DNA of 64,000 nucleotides from Macrostomum lignano (GCA_002269645.1 NIVC01001380.1:62001-126000), one strand, 5' to 3'. Positions 1-13,747 are shown, numbered from the stretch's first letter. Made by a program: numbers and translations. Notes: generated from the sequence alone by a model not told the origin.

Positions 1-240
1 TACCCCTGTCCATCAGTGTGTTCTACCCCTGTCCATCAGTGTGTTCTACCTGTGTCCATCAGTGTGTTCTACCCCTGTCCATCAGTGTGTTCTACCCCTG
101 TCCATCAATGTGTTCTACCCCTGTCCATCAGTGTGTTCTACCCCTGTCCATCAGTGTGTTCTACCTGTGTCCATCAATGTGTTCTACCCCTGTCCATCAG
201 TGTGTTCTACCCCTGTCCATCAGTGTGTTCTACCCCTGTT
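1..240. repeat. 23-bp minisatellite TACCCCTGTCCATCAGTGTGTTC (~10 copies, truncated by the window edge)
   Basis: Direct periodicity of 23. Confidence 0.95.
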
Positions 241-706
241 TTCAAGAAGTTTTAGTTCGGTAGTTTTCCTAAACTTGAACCAAAACACGATTGAATTTTG
301 TTTTAAAGATTTGCGCATTATAACAATTTATTTTAATATTTTAATGCGCGCGAAATAAATATGTAATGTCTAGAGTTTTTAATGCGCAACATTTTAATAA
401 ATTTCCTTGTTTATTAAGTTTATGAATTTATGCATTACGTGAATTGACCCAGTTTTAAGACAACACTAAAAGCGCCCTATTATGTACCGAGGAAAGGAAT
501 TTGTTTTTGAAATTGCGCATTTCATTGTGATGCATGCCAACGTTGGAAGACTTTGAGATTCTGGTTATTGCTTTCCACCACAGGTTTGTGGGTTCTGTTT
601 ATATTTTGATAGACTGCTAAGTGCATATTAATCTACTTATAGTCAGTAGTGTAAATGTATTTTTTTGTTTAAATATTTCTCTGAATCCAAATCTTATCAG
701 TTTATA

Positions 707-1428
707 AACTCAACAATCTTATCAGTTAATAGCTGCTCTCTGAGCTCTAAACTCAACAATCTTATCAGTTAATAGCTGCTCTCTGAGCTCTAAACTCAAC
801 AATCTTATCAGTTAATAGCTGCTCTCTGAGCTCTAAACTTAACAATCTTATCAGTTAATAGCTGCTCTCTGAGCTCTAAACTCAACAATCTTATCAGTTA
901 ATAGCTGCTCTCTGAGCTCTAAACTTAACAATCTTATCAGTTAATAGCTGCTCTCTGAGCTCTAAACTCAACAATCTTATCAGTTAATAGCTGCTCTCTG
1001 AGCTCTAAACTTAACAATCTTATCAGTTAATAGCTGCTCTCTGAGCTCTAAACTCAACAATCTTATCAGTTAATAGCTGCTCTCTGAGCTCTAAACTCAA
1101 CAATCTTATCAGTTAATAGCTGCTCTCTGAGCTCTAAACTCAACAATCTTATCAGTTAATAGCTGCTCTCTGAGCTCTAAACTCAACAATCTTATCAGTT
1201 GATAGCTGCTCTCTGAGCTCTAAACTCAACAATCTTATTAGTTAATAGCTGCTCTCTGAGCTCTAAACTCAACAATCTTATCAGTTAATAGCTGCTCTCT
1301 GAGCTCTAAACTCAACAATCTTATTAGTTAATAGCTGCTCTCTGAGCTCTAAACTCAACAATCTTATCAGTTAATAGCTGCTCTCTGAGCTCTAAACTCA
1401 ACAATCTTATCAGTTAATAGCTGCTCTG
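707..1428. repeat. 43-bp minisatellite (~17 copies), furin intron
   Basis: Unit AAACTCAACAATCTTATCAGTTAATAGCTGCTCTCTGAGCTCT; period 43. Confidence 0.95.
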
Positions 1429-1585
1429 AACTTAAATAAGTGCCTGCTAATTTGCTACTGTTTTTTGTTTCCTGTTAATTTTTATACGAATGCGCTAGTT
1501 TAGCTACTGATTTTTATCCAAACAAGTAAAAATATACGCAAATTTTGTTTCCTACAGATAGAAAAAAATTTTCTTTTATTTGCAG

Positions 1586-4500
1586 GGCCGCAACGGTCTT
1601 GGAAATATTTTTGTCTGGGCATCCGGCAATGGCGGTCACAAATCCGACAGTTGCGCCTGCGACGGCTACACTAATAGCGTCTATACGCTTAGCGTTAGTA
1701 GTATAACGCAGCGCAATTCTAAGCCCTGGTATCTGGAGGAGTGCGCCAGCACCCTAGCCGCCACTTATAGTAGCGGTGGGCACAATGATAAACAGGTGAT
1801 TATTGTTGTCTTGGTGAATTTGCACTATCAGTTAATTGTTCCACCATTTAACCAGATTAGCAATTGATTCTACCCTTAATCTAACTGGCTATATTAGTTA
1901 ATACATTCTATTCTCAATGTAATTGACTAGATTAGAAATCCATTCTTTGTCTCACTATAATTGATTAGATTAGCAATCATTCTATTCACAATGTTATTGA
2001 CTAGATTAGCAATCAATTCTATGTATCAATCTAATTGACTAGATTAGCAATCCATTCTATTCACAATGTTATTGACTAGATTAGCAATCAATTCTATGTC
2101 TCAATCTAATTGACTAGATTAGAAATCCATTCTGTGTCTCACTATAATTGATTAGATTAGCAATCCATTCTATTCTGAATGTAATTGACTAGATTAGCAA
2201 TCGATTCTATTCGAATGTTATTGACTAGATTAGCAATCTATTCCATTCTCGATGTCATAGACTAGATTAGCAATCCATTCAATGTCTCAATCTAATTGAC
2301 TAGATTAGAAATCCATTCTGTGTCTCACTATAATTGATTAGATTAGCAATCCATTCTATTCACAATGTTATTGACTAGATTAGCAATCGATTCTATTCGA
2401 ATGTTATTGACTAGATTAGCAATCCATTCCATTCTCAATGTTATTGACTAGATTAGCTAGATGTTAGAATGCTAGATGCTAAATGCTAGATGCTAAATGC
2501 TAGAATCGATTCTATTCCGAATGTTATTGACTAGATTAGCAATCCATTATATTCTAAATGTTTTCTCCCTTCGCAACCTAATCAAGGTGGTAACCACAGA
2601 TCTCCGCGGTCAGTGCACGAGCACTCACACGGGCACATCTGCTTCGGCTCCCATAGCAGCAGCAATTGTAGCATTGGTACTGCAGGCTAACAGTAATTTA
2701 ACCTGGCGCGATGTACAACACATCACAGTGGTCGGAGCCAATTCTGGCGATTTTCTATTCGACGCGGAATGGTTGCGCAATCAAGCTGGATTGCGTCATT
2801 CTAGACGCTATGGATTCGGTTTGATGTCGGCTGCAAGAATGGTTGCATTGGCTAGGCTGTGGGCTAGACAGGTGCCTCAGATGCTGAGATGCCAATGCGA
2901 CCCAGTTGTGGCTAATCAACAGGTGCCCGTGCAAGGCGCCCTGTCCATCTCTGTTGTAGTCAGCAGTGGCGGCTGTAGCTGCAACGGTGGAAAGGGAAAG
3001 ACTGTCAGAGTTCTGGAATCGGTGCAGTTGCACTTGGATGCCAGCTATTCAAATAGAGGACAATTACAGGTTTGGAAATCTCATTGCTGTTTATGCTTTT
3101 TTTACCTTCAAAGCATAACTTCTTGGGCACTGATTGTCTGTAGTCAGCACAGATGCTAGAATAACTAGATCTGTCACTCGCAACAGATACGCATACTCCT
3201 ATTTTCAGTAGCAAAATTAGCTTTTTATCTTTATATTAGTAAAATTGAAAGTTTTTTGCACAACGATGCAACAATTGCATCTGGCTTTCTAACAAGCAGG
3301 CCCCATTTAACCAGCATCTTCATTTGGTTTTGAAGCTGCAACCAAATCTAGTGCGTGTGCATAGCGACTATGAGAGAGACAAGGGGTGGCGTGGCGTCCC
3401 ATACCCAGCCAGGCCGATAAACAGTTTGGCTCTCCTCTTGCCTGCTTGTGTCTGACTTTGACTTCTCTCCTTACTGCTCTCTCATTGGCTGAGCTAGATT
3501 GGGCCTGCCCCCCTAGGCTGATTTTCGTCCGTCTGATTTTAACCTCTCTCCTTACTGCCCGCTCATTGGCTGAGCTAGATTGGGCCTGCCCCCTAGGCTG
3601 ATTTTCGTCCGTCTGATTTTAACCTCTCTCCTTACTGCCCGCTCATTGGCTGAGCTAGATTGGGCCTGCCCCTAGGCTGATTTTCGTCCGTCTTTGACCT
3701 CTCTCCTTACTGCTCTCTCATTGGCTGAGCCAGATTAAGCGTGCCCCCCTAGACTGATTTCGTCCGTCTTGCGTTTAGTTGTGTTTATCGAGTTAGAGGC
3801 TTGTTGTTCATTCTAACCTCATATGCTCCTGAGGCCGCAAACCCTGAGGAAGGAAAGGAAATTTTAGCTGCCACAAGATTAAAATGACACTATGCAGAAG
3901 AACTACTGAAAATGATTAGACGCTCTACCTTTTTTCATAACTTTAATTGCGGGTGACATATCGAGTTATTCTCGTGTCTGTGCTAGTCAGTAACTTAAAA
4001 TTCAATGACTATAGCTTTTGCGCACAACGATTGGCCGGTAGGTTGTTGAAACAGAAAGTGACCGCTGTACACCCTGTGTGAGCGTGTTGGAGATCGGGTT
4101 TCGACGAAATGGCCATGATTGTTTGCCTCCTGGCTGGCTGCGCCTTGTTCTATGGCACCACCCAAAGGGTACCCCTACACAGTAGCTCATTAACTTCATT
4201 GAATGTGCACCTAAATTTGCAGGTGACCCTGATCTCACCGGGCGGTACAAAATCTATGCTGCTAACTCCTCGTCTGTACGACAACCACAATGGCGACTGC
4301 GGCTTTCAAGCCTGGCCTCTCATGTCCGTCCAGTTCTGGCGCGAGAGTCCGATTGGTAAATGGCAGATTTTAGTCGAGAATCGCGGCTCGCCTAGTAACC
4401 ATGGACGCGTTGCTACGGCTACGCTTGTACTCTATGGCACCGAGGCGGAGCCTATTCAATTAAGACGGCCGAACCCGCCTATGCCTGACTGGTTGCTGCC

Positions 4501-6734
4501 TTGGAGTAGCGTTATGCTGGTGAGCTTCCAAATAATAATTAGTGTGTATTTGCTATCTGGCTAGCAAAGCTGATAAATGGCATTGGTAATGTAGAAGTTT
4601 ATCATATTTAGTTAACCCCCCATCTTAATCCCAATACTGTACCTAGGTTTGTAGCTAGGTACAGTAAGAAAATGCTAGGTATAGTAGATAAAATCTGGCA
4701 GTTTTTGTCTACACAGTATTTTGAGGCGGTCACGCTTAACCTATGTAAGTACAAATATACTGGAGCAAGTGAAAACTACATCTACAACTGGTCTTCACTA
4801 CTCAACACCAGTCAAAATCGCCTTGTATCCCTTATCATGGCTTATCATTTACTAAAAAATTTCTGAAATATTGAAATTTCTTTCACACTCTTTTTGGTCC
4901 GAAAATTACCCAAATCGTCTCTAAGCCGTTTCTATTGCCATTTAGATTCTATACAACCTTCTCTCGTCCACCACAGTCGGAGCCGGGCGGTTCAATCGGT
5001 TGTCACCGACTGTGCGCCGACAACGATAACTGCACCGGTTCGGGGCCCGACCACTGTCATCAATGCCGACACTTCTATCGATCTTCGGGCGACGGCGTTG
5101 GAGGAGTTTGCGTCGAATCTTGCCGCACGGACGACGGCGAATATGCGGACACAGCGAATCGGATATGCCGACCCTGTCACTCTGCTTGTCGGGTCTGTCG
5201 CGGTCCCGGTAACACTGTTGGTAACAAGCGTGGCGGCGATTGTCTCGCTTGTCGATCTCACGCTGTATCGTTGCTAGGCAACTCTAGTAGCATAGAAACC
5301 GCAGCCGATTTAGTAGCGTGCATGCCTGCCGGATCAATCTGCCCGGCTAGGTACTATTCTGTAGCAACTACTGGCGTTGATAAGTTGTCTGCTGCGGCTT
5401 GCGCTCCGTGTCCCGTTGGTTGTGCGGCTTGCAGTGGCTTCAACGGTGCAAGCCGGACTGCCTCCAGGCTTCGAGCGAATTGCAGTTCATGCCAGCCTGG
5501 TTATCTATTGTTAGAGCCTAGCGGAGTCTGCTACGCGGGTAGAGACTGTCCTATGGGACATTGGCTAGCATCGAGTGGTGTCTGTTTAGCCTGCTCAGAC
5601 TCTGAATGCCGCCTGTGCTCAAGTATTTTCGACAAAAACAATGCCGAATGCTTGTCTTGTCGAGCTCCGTTAATGCTATCGCGATCAGATGGGAGATGCA
5701 TCGACCCAGTGGCTAACGCGGTATCGTGTCCGTCTGAATTCGACGGCTGCTCAATGTGCCTGCCAGACGTTGGTATTTGCGGCCTGTGCCAGCCAGACCG
5801 GTTTATGGACTTCTCCGACGGTCTCGACGGAGCTAACGGAGCCAACGGTCGGTGCTTGAAAGAGTGCCCAGCCGAGCGGCCGTACGCTTGTCAAGTTTCG
5901 TTCGGTAACTCAATGGTATCCGGGCAGTGCTTCGCGTTGCCTTGCAGCCGGGTCAGTTTGCCGGGACCTTGTCCTCTCGGACAGTTTGCTAGCGCCACGG
6001 CTGGTATGATTGAACAGCTTTCGAATAATAAAAACTACTCAACTTCTATTATGTGTCTACCGTGTCATAGCAGTTGTCGCACCTGTTCAGGTCCCGAAGC
6101 TAGTAATTGCACAAGTTGTCGTCAAGGTTACGCCTGTTTGAGCAAACACACCGGACATTGTTTAGTGTGTGGTTATTCCGCCGACTGTGATCCCGTATCT
6201 AACGATGGAATTTGTCTTACAGAGGAAGCGGATAAAAATAACTCTGCCAATTGGGACTTGCTAAAAACTACTGTGTCGCCGAAAAACAAACCTGATGATA
6301 CCGTAGTTACTCCCTTTCGACTGTCACCTGTACACGCTGTGTACGGATTCGCTGTCGGTATTGTCACTATAGTGATAATCTGTCTAGTTGGGTATTGCTA
6401 CTGCGCCGGTACAGATGGTGGAGTGCGTGGCAGCTATGGCGTCAGCGGTAGCGACGGTTCGAGAAATGGCGGCGGTAATGCCGTCAGCGGCACTGGGATC
6501 GGCTTAGGCAACAGTGGCGCCGGTGGTGGCGGAGTGAAGTGCAGCTACAGCCAGGTATCGCAGTCGTCACCGTCCAGTTCTCCGGAACGATCCGGCCTGT
6601 ATAAGCATCATCACCAGAAGCATCAGCGCGTTGTTGTGTGCGCTCAAGATTCTCAATCGTCGTCGCCGTCTATATCTCCGCCGCCCGATCCTCTGGCGTC
6701 TCCCGAGAAGTATCAGACCTCTCTGAGACTGTAG
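1586..6734 (+). CDS. Furin/PCSK5-like subtilisin-type proprotein convertase, 3' part. Exons 1586-1795, 2587-3069, 4223-4519, 4977-6734; 5' exons lie upstream of the window.
   Basis: Oxyanion motif VWASGNGG and DSCACDGY in the first exon; catalytic Ser motif HTGTSASAP (Ser codon 2638-2640); P-domain (RGQLQVTLISPGGTKS...WPLMSVQFWRESPIGKW). The last exon has furin-like Cys-rich repeats, a TM helix (AVYGFAVGIVTIVIICLVGYCYC) and a cytoplasmic tail. All junctions are GT-AG and phase 0. Confidence 0.93.
1850..2550. repeat. ~37-bp degenerate minisatellite, furin intron
   Basis: Unit ATTGACTAGATTAGCAATCCATTCTATTCACAATGTT. Confidence 0.9.
3460..3770. repeat. ~80-bp tandem repeat (4 copies), furin intron
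   Basis: TTACTG recurs at 3471, 3552, 3632 and 3707. Confidence 0.9.
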
Positions 6735-9700
6735 CTTCCTTTCAAAATACTTATATAAACTATTTTTCTGATGTCTAAAAGTCATTCTGTGCTGTGGTGA
6801 GTCCAGGAACGTCAGTGGAGTGTACGGCCGTTCCACCAGATTCTTGCCGCGGTGTACACTCGCCTCTGACTTTGGAGCTCTAAATTTGGACTTTTTTTTC
6901 TTGTGAGAAAACCCTTGCAGTAACGGAATTATAAATCAAGATCTTTGCAAAAGGTTTTAATACTGCCGGACAAACAACAAGTGCCGTACGTTTGTACGTT
7001 TTCCAAAACCAACACCACGCACTGGTCAAATCATACACACCCCCCACAATATCTAAGGGCAGTAAGCGCAATGCAGCTACTGACTTTTTTCGAAGCTATT
7101 TTTTGCAATCTTTTACAATACAATATTTCTGCTGGTGGCGCTTTTTTGTACATGTTGTTACTGCATGTAATCATTTTTTTCAATCTGCAACTTTACTTTG
7201 CGTGAGAATTGTACGTCTACACAGCAATTCCTATAGCAGGTAATGCATGTCTACATGCACGTATTGTACAAATGTATTGAAAATTAACCACGGAAACATC
7301 AGTGCTAAACAGTCAATAATTCACTATCAGGTCTCGATGCTATACTGACTTTTGGTCACTGAATACGAATCTTACTCCTATTAGAGCACTCCATATAATT
7401 TTGATTCCATTTTTATTTATTGTTCACATTTATTTTGGCGTCCACCGCTTGCATTCCTCTTTGCCCAATACGTTAGCTTAATGCATTGCCATATTTTGCT
7501 TAGATTTTACTTTTGCCGCTTACGAAAAATGTTTATTGCACTACTTGTATACAGTAGTAGCGATTCTCGCTAATTTCCAGCGCCTGTTTTGATAGTCTGT
7601 TTATTTTTATGGACACGTGCATTCAATTCCTATAATAGCAAAAGTCGATAGCCTGTTTTTATGTAATTCTTTCTGAAGTGAACTTCTTTAATTCTTTATC
7701 GATAAAATTATTCTAATTTCGAAAACCGTATCATATTTCGTAATTCCTAATTTTATTTTATTTAATTCTGTTTTGAACTCCAGTGCTCCTATATCTGTGC
7801 CCGTCATTCGTATCTATCACACGCTTTATTTAAATTATTTATCGTTTCAACTAGTCATGCTATATTTTTATGACATTAATGAGCAATAAAAACAGTATCA
7901 ATATAGATGTGTCTGAGTCTGACTAGCTATACTTTTATTCTTATTTTTTTGTCATTTGTTTTCTGTGACGGCTGTCTATTTATTTTCAGATCTAATTTCA
8001 CATCTTGCTTTGCTTTTGCAACACAATTTTAAATTTTCAGTACGCTTGTTAATGCAGCTTCCTCCGTCCAATGAAGATTCAAATAATTAGCGCATGTTTT
8101 CATTTTCATGTGTGTTAAATTTTCAATGTAATTTGCTATTCGCAAAGCTGCACGCTCATATTTTAATAAACTATGAGGACTTGTGTTGTTGGTGCACTTT
8201 CTTGTAACGATAAACAGGACGGGTGTGCTGTAATGGCAGATTTTTAGGATGTCGTGCGAGTATTGTGTGACAATGTACTCGTACAACAGCAATTATGGTC
8301 AAATCGACATTTGCCAGCGCCACCATACCGACTACCGAGAGAGGCGGATCTCTCGGTAGGGTGGCGGCTTAGAGTAAGTTAGACCGTTGATGGGTCTATT
8401 TTGTCTAACACAGATATTTCACACATATTCCACGCTAATGAAAAGATAAGGAGGGTGGATAGATAATTAATGTAGGAAAGCAGTCACGTGATTAAATTTG
8501 TACAGGGTAAATGTACATTGGGGAGCTACTGTGGAATAAGGCCATGAAAAGTAATTGCTATTGTGTTGGGTGTTTTTTACTGATCACTTAATTTTATACA
8601 CTGGGTGTGTCATCGATATTTCTGGTCGGGCCCATTCTTGCTAAAACGCTAAAGGCCAACTTTCATCCTTTATAGAAGCCTATGCGCAAGCGCAAATTGT
8701 TGGATTTGTTGTATCGATTTTTTCTGGCTTGCGCCGCAACCCCTTTTCACACAATAGCTAGTGGTTAATGGTTGGCTCTTTTATCGATTTTCTGGCTGGC
8801 CCTCTAGCCCCTCCTTGCCCCAGGCTAACCTCAGCAGCGGTCGGGTTTTTCTGTGCGTGTTTGTTGTGGTCTTATCAGTGTTCTCTCTCTCTCTATCCCA
8901 ACCGTTAGCTTGTATGTGTGCGAGCTGATTGGTTGGGAGCCTTTGGTGGGGTGGTTGTCCCCCAAATCGGTCCCTACTTGGAGGGGTATCTTGTTACTCC
9001 TAGAAAAGTATGTCCTTTTTATTTACTGACTGAGAATGACTTGCTGTTTATTTCTTTTAGCGAGTTCAGTTATCAGTTTTTTATTTTCAAATTATTTTTC
9101 TTCACAAGCACTTACTTTGCTTACAAAGGCTCTTAATGAGTCAACAAACGGGACAGCTTTTGGGATGTCAATAATTTTTTGTATGTGCGTGCAGTTTTAC
9201 GCAACAGTAGCACAGTACTTTTATTGGTTGTTAAATGTGATATCTATCAACTATTTAGTATTCACTGACAGTCGCTCATATATGGCATGTACTAAGCAGT
9301 GAAACCCGTTACAACATTACAATTTTTTATTTAACATCGTTTTTTGCATGATAATAATCAAAATTCTCTCCATAACAATAAATAATTGATATTATAACAT
9401 TAGTCTGGTTCAAACATTCTTTTTTAAATATCTTTTGCTTTCCGTATGCACACGAAAATATATTTGGCAATGCATGTACCACTCTATGTACACATTCTAA
9501 GTCATTGAAGCGCTCAGCAAAGCTTAATAAAATTGCGCATCTGCAGCAGAATAACATTATTTTTTGCATCGACTCAGATTCGCTTGCTTCTGTTCTCGAA
9601 TCTCTTACTACTATCCCGACACTTTTGTACTTTATATCTTTTTTGCTTGCTCCGCATGTGTTCTCTTTTTTGGTTTTCTTGTTTATCTTGCTTTAATGTT

Positions 9701-10250
9701 AGTGTACCTATATTTTTGTGCTGTGCCTATAATTTAGTGTACATATTAAATACACTTGCTTCAATTTTCATTATATCATTTTTTCTGCTACGTTTTGGGT
9801 GTTTCGATTAGCCTTATTTTTCTATAAAAAGGACCTTATAATTTAGTACCAAGGTATTGAGTCGAACATCGTCTCCTCCCCAGGCCTCGTAGTATGAGTT
9901 GATCTTTTCCAGGAGCCAGTACACAGGTCCCTGGGGGTGAATAGTTAGGCCCTTGAAGGCTGGTGTGGTGTGTTGGTGTAAAGACATTTACACCATGTCG
10001 TCACGTAGACCTACGAATGACCTAGGAACGACCGACTGTACATGTGACCTAGTTGATGTACGAACAGTCTGTTGTATTGCATAGTATTGTAGTGTAATGT
10101 GAAGATATCTATAAAATTTACTTAGTTTGACCATTGTCCCGCAACTCATCATTGGCAGCTATAAAATTGTTCTCAATAAACTTCGAACTGCATTCACTAA
10201 AAAAGAGTCTATTCACTTTTATTTACTGTAATTTCCAAAATTTGTTGCAG

Positions 10251-12164
10251 ATTCCCCAAACTGGCCGAGCCGACGTTAAGCCTCGCAGATTTTCCCCGAT
10301 CAGTCGGGGACACGACCGCTTTGCTTGTCTGGCTTCGCAATTTAAAGTCAACCCCAACTCGGCGACAAGGCGGTGAACAACTTTGTCAGCGTCGCTTGTT
10401 GAAAATTACCGCCCTACTGTGGCACTGCCGTATGGGCGACACTCAATCGTTCGCTGCCTGTTAAAAAACAGTCGCTATTGTCGACAGTATCTAGTGCTGA
10501 GCGATGTCAAGAGCCTGCCTTCTATAAAGTTGGCAGTCGGATCCGCCGAAGACGACTATCTGCGACAGTCGCCACCGTTGCATCTGGCGTTATTATCGGG
10601 TGAACAGGATCTATTAAGACTGCTGGTGATGTCTAAGTACCGCGGGGCTATTGAGGCTGTTGATCAGCCTCTGTGTAGAGCGCCTCTGCATTTAGCTGCT
10701 GGAATGGCCGATTCGAAGGCCTGCTCTACTCTAGTGAGTATAGTTTTACTGATGCGACTTCGAATTTATATGTCTGTTAACACGTTTTTTATGTTCCTGT
10801 ATTAAAGCCGGTTTGGCTATAGCGTATTTGGATTTAGTGTAGTTAGACTAGCACATTCAGCGCCCCCCTTGGGGGTGTGCTTGCCAATCCAAAACATTAA
10901 GTTAGTTTGCTTTGGTTTTCGACTATCGAAGACAGTGGGCATGTACACTTGTAGACAATAGCTTGGAATTAGAAAGCACGACGTGCATCTTAATGACGTA
11001 ACAATTTTATATTTTTATAAATCGGTTTCCTGTTTATAGATAAGCCTCGGCGCCAGTCCGTCAATCGTCGACGCCAATAATCGCACTCCGCTTCACATTT
11101 TGGCGCTTAGCTCCGCTGCTGTACCTAACAAACTTTCAACAACCGAAGTCTGCGCCACCGCTCGGGTTTTAATTACTGGCCAAACACCATCTGGAAGCAA
11201 TCAATCAATGAGCGCTAAACTTTTTGTGGATCTTCCAGATGAGTTTGGTTTAACTGCGCTTCATTTAGCAATAATTGGCAGCTTGTCAGATTTGGCCAAC
11301 TGTCTAATATCAGAGTTTGGCGCTTCAATCCTAACCCGAGATAAACGAGGTCAAACTCCGTTGCACTGGGCCGCTGTTGCTACGGACAGTAAAAACAAAT
11401 CAGTGGTTGAAAATCTGTTGGAAAATTTTCTTCCACCGTCGGACGATGTGAAATGCAATGATTTATTGACTGCACTCTCTGCTAAGGAGCACACCTGCGG
11501 CGCTACACCATTGCACCTAGCGGCCGGGGCTAATCAGGTCGCTGCGGTTCGCTGTCTTGTTGCTAGGGGAGCCAAAATTGACGCCGTTGATAATCGAGGC
11601 TTAACGCCGTTTCATTGGGCCGTTACTAGGCGCGCTAACGACGTAGTCAAAACTTGGCTGTTGGAAAATTCTTGGCCTGTACCGTTTGATGCAGTTTTAG
11701 CTGTAGCCGCTTGTAATAATATTCCAGCATTAGAACTCTTGATTAAAAATCTCCATGGTCTGCATGAAAGCGAGGCTACCAACTGTTCAACGTTGCTGCA
11801 GCCTTCGATGACGCCAGCTCACGTGGCCGCTGCAGCCGGTTCCGTCAATTCTCTCGCCTGGGCGTTGAGAGCCCGTCCGGATTGGCTGACTATGCCAGAC
11901 TCCGAACGTGGTTGGACGCCGCTGCACTGGGCAGCCGCATGCGGTCACGTGACATGTGCCAGTCTGCTTGTAGATCTTGGCGCTCCACACACCGTATTTA
12001 ACGCTGCTATGAAAGACGGCTGGACGCCGCTAGACTGCGCATTATTTGCCAAGCAGCAGCGGGCCGTCGATTGGCTGCGAGGTCGCGGGGCGGTCACCTT
12101 GGAGGAGCTCCGGCTTCGCGCTGCGAACCGAATTCAACGCTGGTGGAGACGGTTGCGGACTTAG
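10251..12164 (+). CDS. INVS: Inversin-like ankyrin-repeat protein with a C-terminal IQ motif. Exons ~10251-10733 and 11040-12164; start not located; frame disrupted near 10435.
   Basis: Many TPLH/TALH ankyrin repeats. The C-terminal DGWTPLDCALFAKQQRAVDWLRGRGAVTLEELRLRAANRIQRWWR matches my recollection of the inversin last-ankyrin/IQ segment. Donor GTGAGT at 10734 and acceptor TTTATAG ending at 11039 are in phase. The orthology assignment is from memory. Confidence 0.72.
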
Positions 12165-12166
12165 TA

Positions 12167-12918
12167 ATCATAGATACGAGAGTCGGGCTTGCGAGACTGA
12201 AAATTTTCTGTCTATGGTCGACACTCGTTGGCATGGCGGAGTTCAATTTAATCCTGGGGGCATCAATTTGATCATTCTAATCATATAACGTTAGATATCC
12301 AGTGCTATAACACAAGTCGTTTACTTATCATTGAGAAAATCTAAAACAGTACAGTACAATAAACAAATAAAAGCTTTAGCGTCGGATGTCATCAAGTCAG
12401 GCTGGAATAAACCTCAGCATCTGCCGGTATCAGCCTCGCATTTTGCAACTGACCATCAGGCGGAGTGTCCAGCTCTTCTTGCAGTTGTGGTTGAGCCAGC
12501 TGGCGTTTGATAGCTGCCTTCAGGCAGGCGTGCGCGTTTTCCACACGGTTGAGGAATTGCGAGTATGGAGGCAATGTCACCAGGCGCCAAGCGGGCTGAA
12601 ATTGATCTGGGATTGTCACTCCATGATGAAAACGGGCGTCATCCATGATCACACAGAGTCCTTGTCATCGGGTACATCACGACTCTTCACGCTTTGCACC
12701 AGATCATTGATTAACGTCAGGTACCTGACTGTCTCTCCGAAGATCATATGATGAAAAAACAAGTTAAAAACAGGTTTCGCTAACAGTAAAAATGTGCATT
12801 GAAAACATAGAAGAATCATATTGATGCTCTCAGGATTGGATTGAAATCCGCTATGCCAGCGAGTGTCGACCATCGACAGAGTTTTCAGTCTCGCAGGCCT
12901 GATTTCCGTATCTATGAT
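12167..12918 (-). mobile_element. Internally deleted IS630-Tc1-mariner DNA transposon
   Basis: Termini ATCATAGATACG...CGTATCTATGAT flanked by TA (12165-66 and 12919-20). Imperfect TIRs of ~110 bp (12167-12278 / 12811-12918). Internal minus-strand IMDDARFHH...LPPYSQFLNRVENA is the C-half of a DDE_3 transposase. Confidence 0.85.
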
Positions 12919-13747
12919 TAAATTGAAAGCTTGCAGTACCAACTAGGCCGCAAAAAGGAATAGTTGCTGACAAAGATATTCGCTTGGCTGTTATTCAACC
13001 ACTAATGACATTTCTTTGTCAGTGACATCGACTAAATTTAAACCTGTCAGTGACTTTTGTCTGTCTTTAAAATTCGGCTCTCAGTGACCTCAGAGGTATA
13101 AACATTAAATTACCGAGAGGTAAACATTATGAATGTACTTAAAAAGGCTCAGTCCAGATCGGTGTTACTTCGTATGTTGTCTACATATCTATAGCATTTA
13201 ACGGAAAGCTTGCTTATGTGTGCTAAAACAATTCTCTAACTTCCTAAACTTTTATGCTGCGTGTACACAATATCTAAAACATTGCTATAAATTTACATTT
13301 AGATAGCTTTATTTACGAGATCAACTGTTGTCAAAATATAAAAATTTGCCATTGATGTTGATTCACATTTTCATAGAGCTATATTTTCTATTAAGATTGT
13401 TATGATGTTTGTCCTTATTTTGTTCCACTATCCACTTAATTAGGTCCAGATTTGAAGTTAGTATATATAGGTAGATATTCCAAAACAGTGCATTGCTTAG
13501 TCTTTATCTCAAGTGTTCATTAAAGAAGGCACTGCACTGCCCATATACCAGAATCGCAACTGAACCGCTTTAGAAAATGTCACCTAAAGTACTTTGGGAA
13601 TGGCCTTTCAGGAACTTTGAGAAACTTAAGGCACTTAAGGCACCTGAGACTATTATCATAACGTGTATTTCTCTGTTTCATAAATATAATTACTATAATC
13701 ATTGCATTAATCATTTTAGATCAATCTCAAGTAACTAATTAAAGAAT

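Noticed and set aside
16-358. Three overlapping Cys-rich ORFs at the window start
   Set aside because: Translations of the 23-bp minisatellite.
707-1428. Regular 43-bp repeats (also the 32-, 30- and 23-bp arrays) as possible CRISPR arrays
   Set aside because: Head-to-tail units with no unique spacers, no cas genes, and a eukaryotic intronic context.
10374-10376. In-frame TGA as selenocysteine or readthrough (also TGA at 39674-39672, minus strand)
   Set aside because: Better explained by a 1-nt frameshift (10435) and by a 45-nt intron with a CTAAC branch site, respectively; no SECIS was identified.
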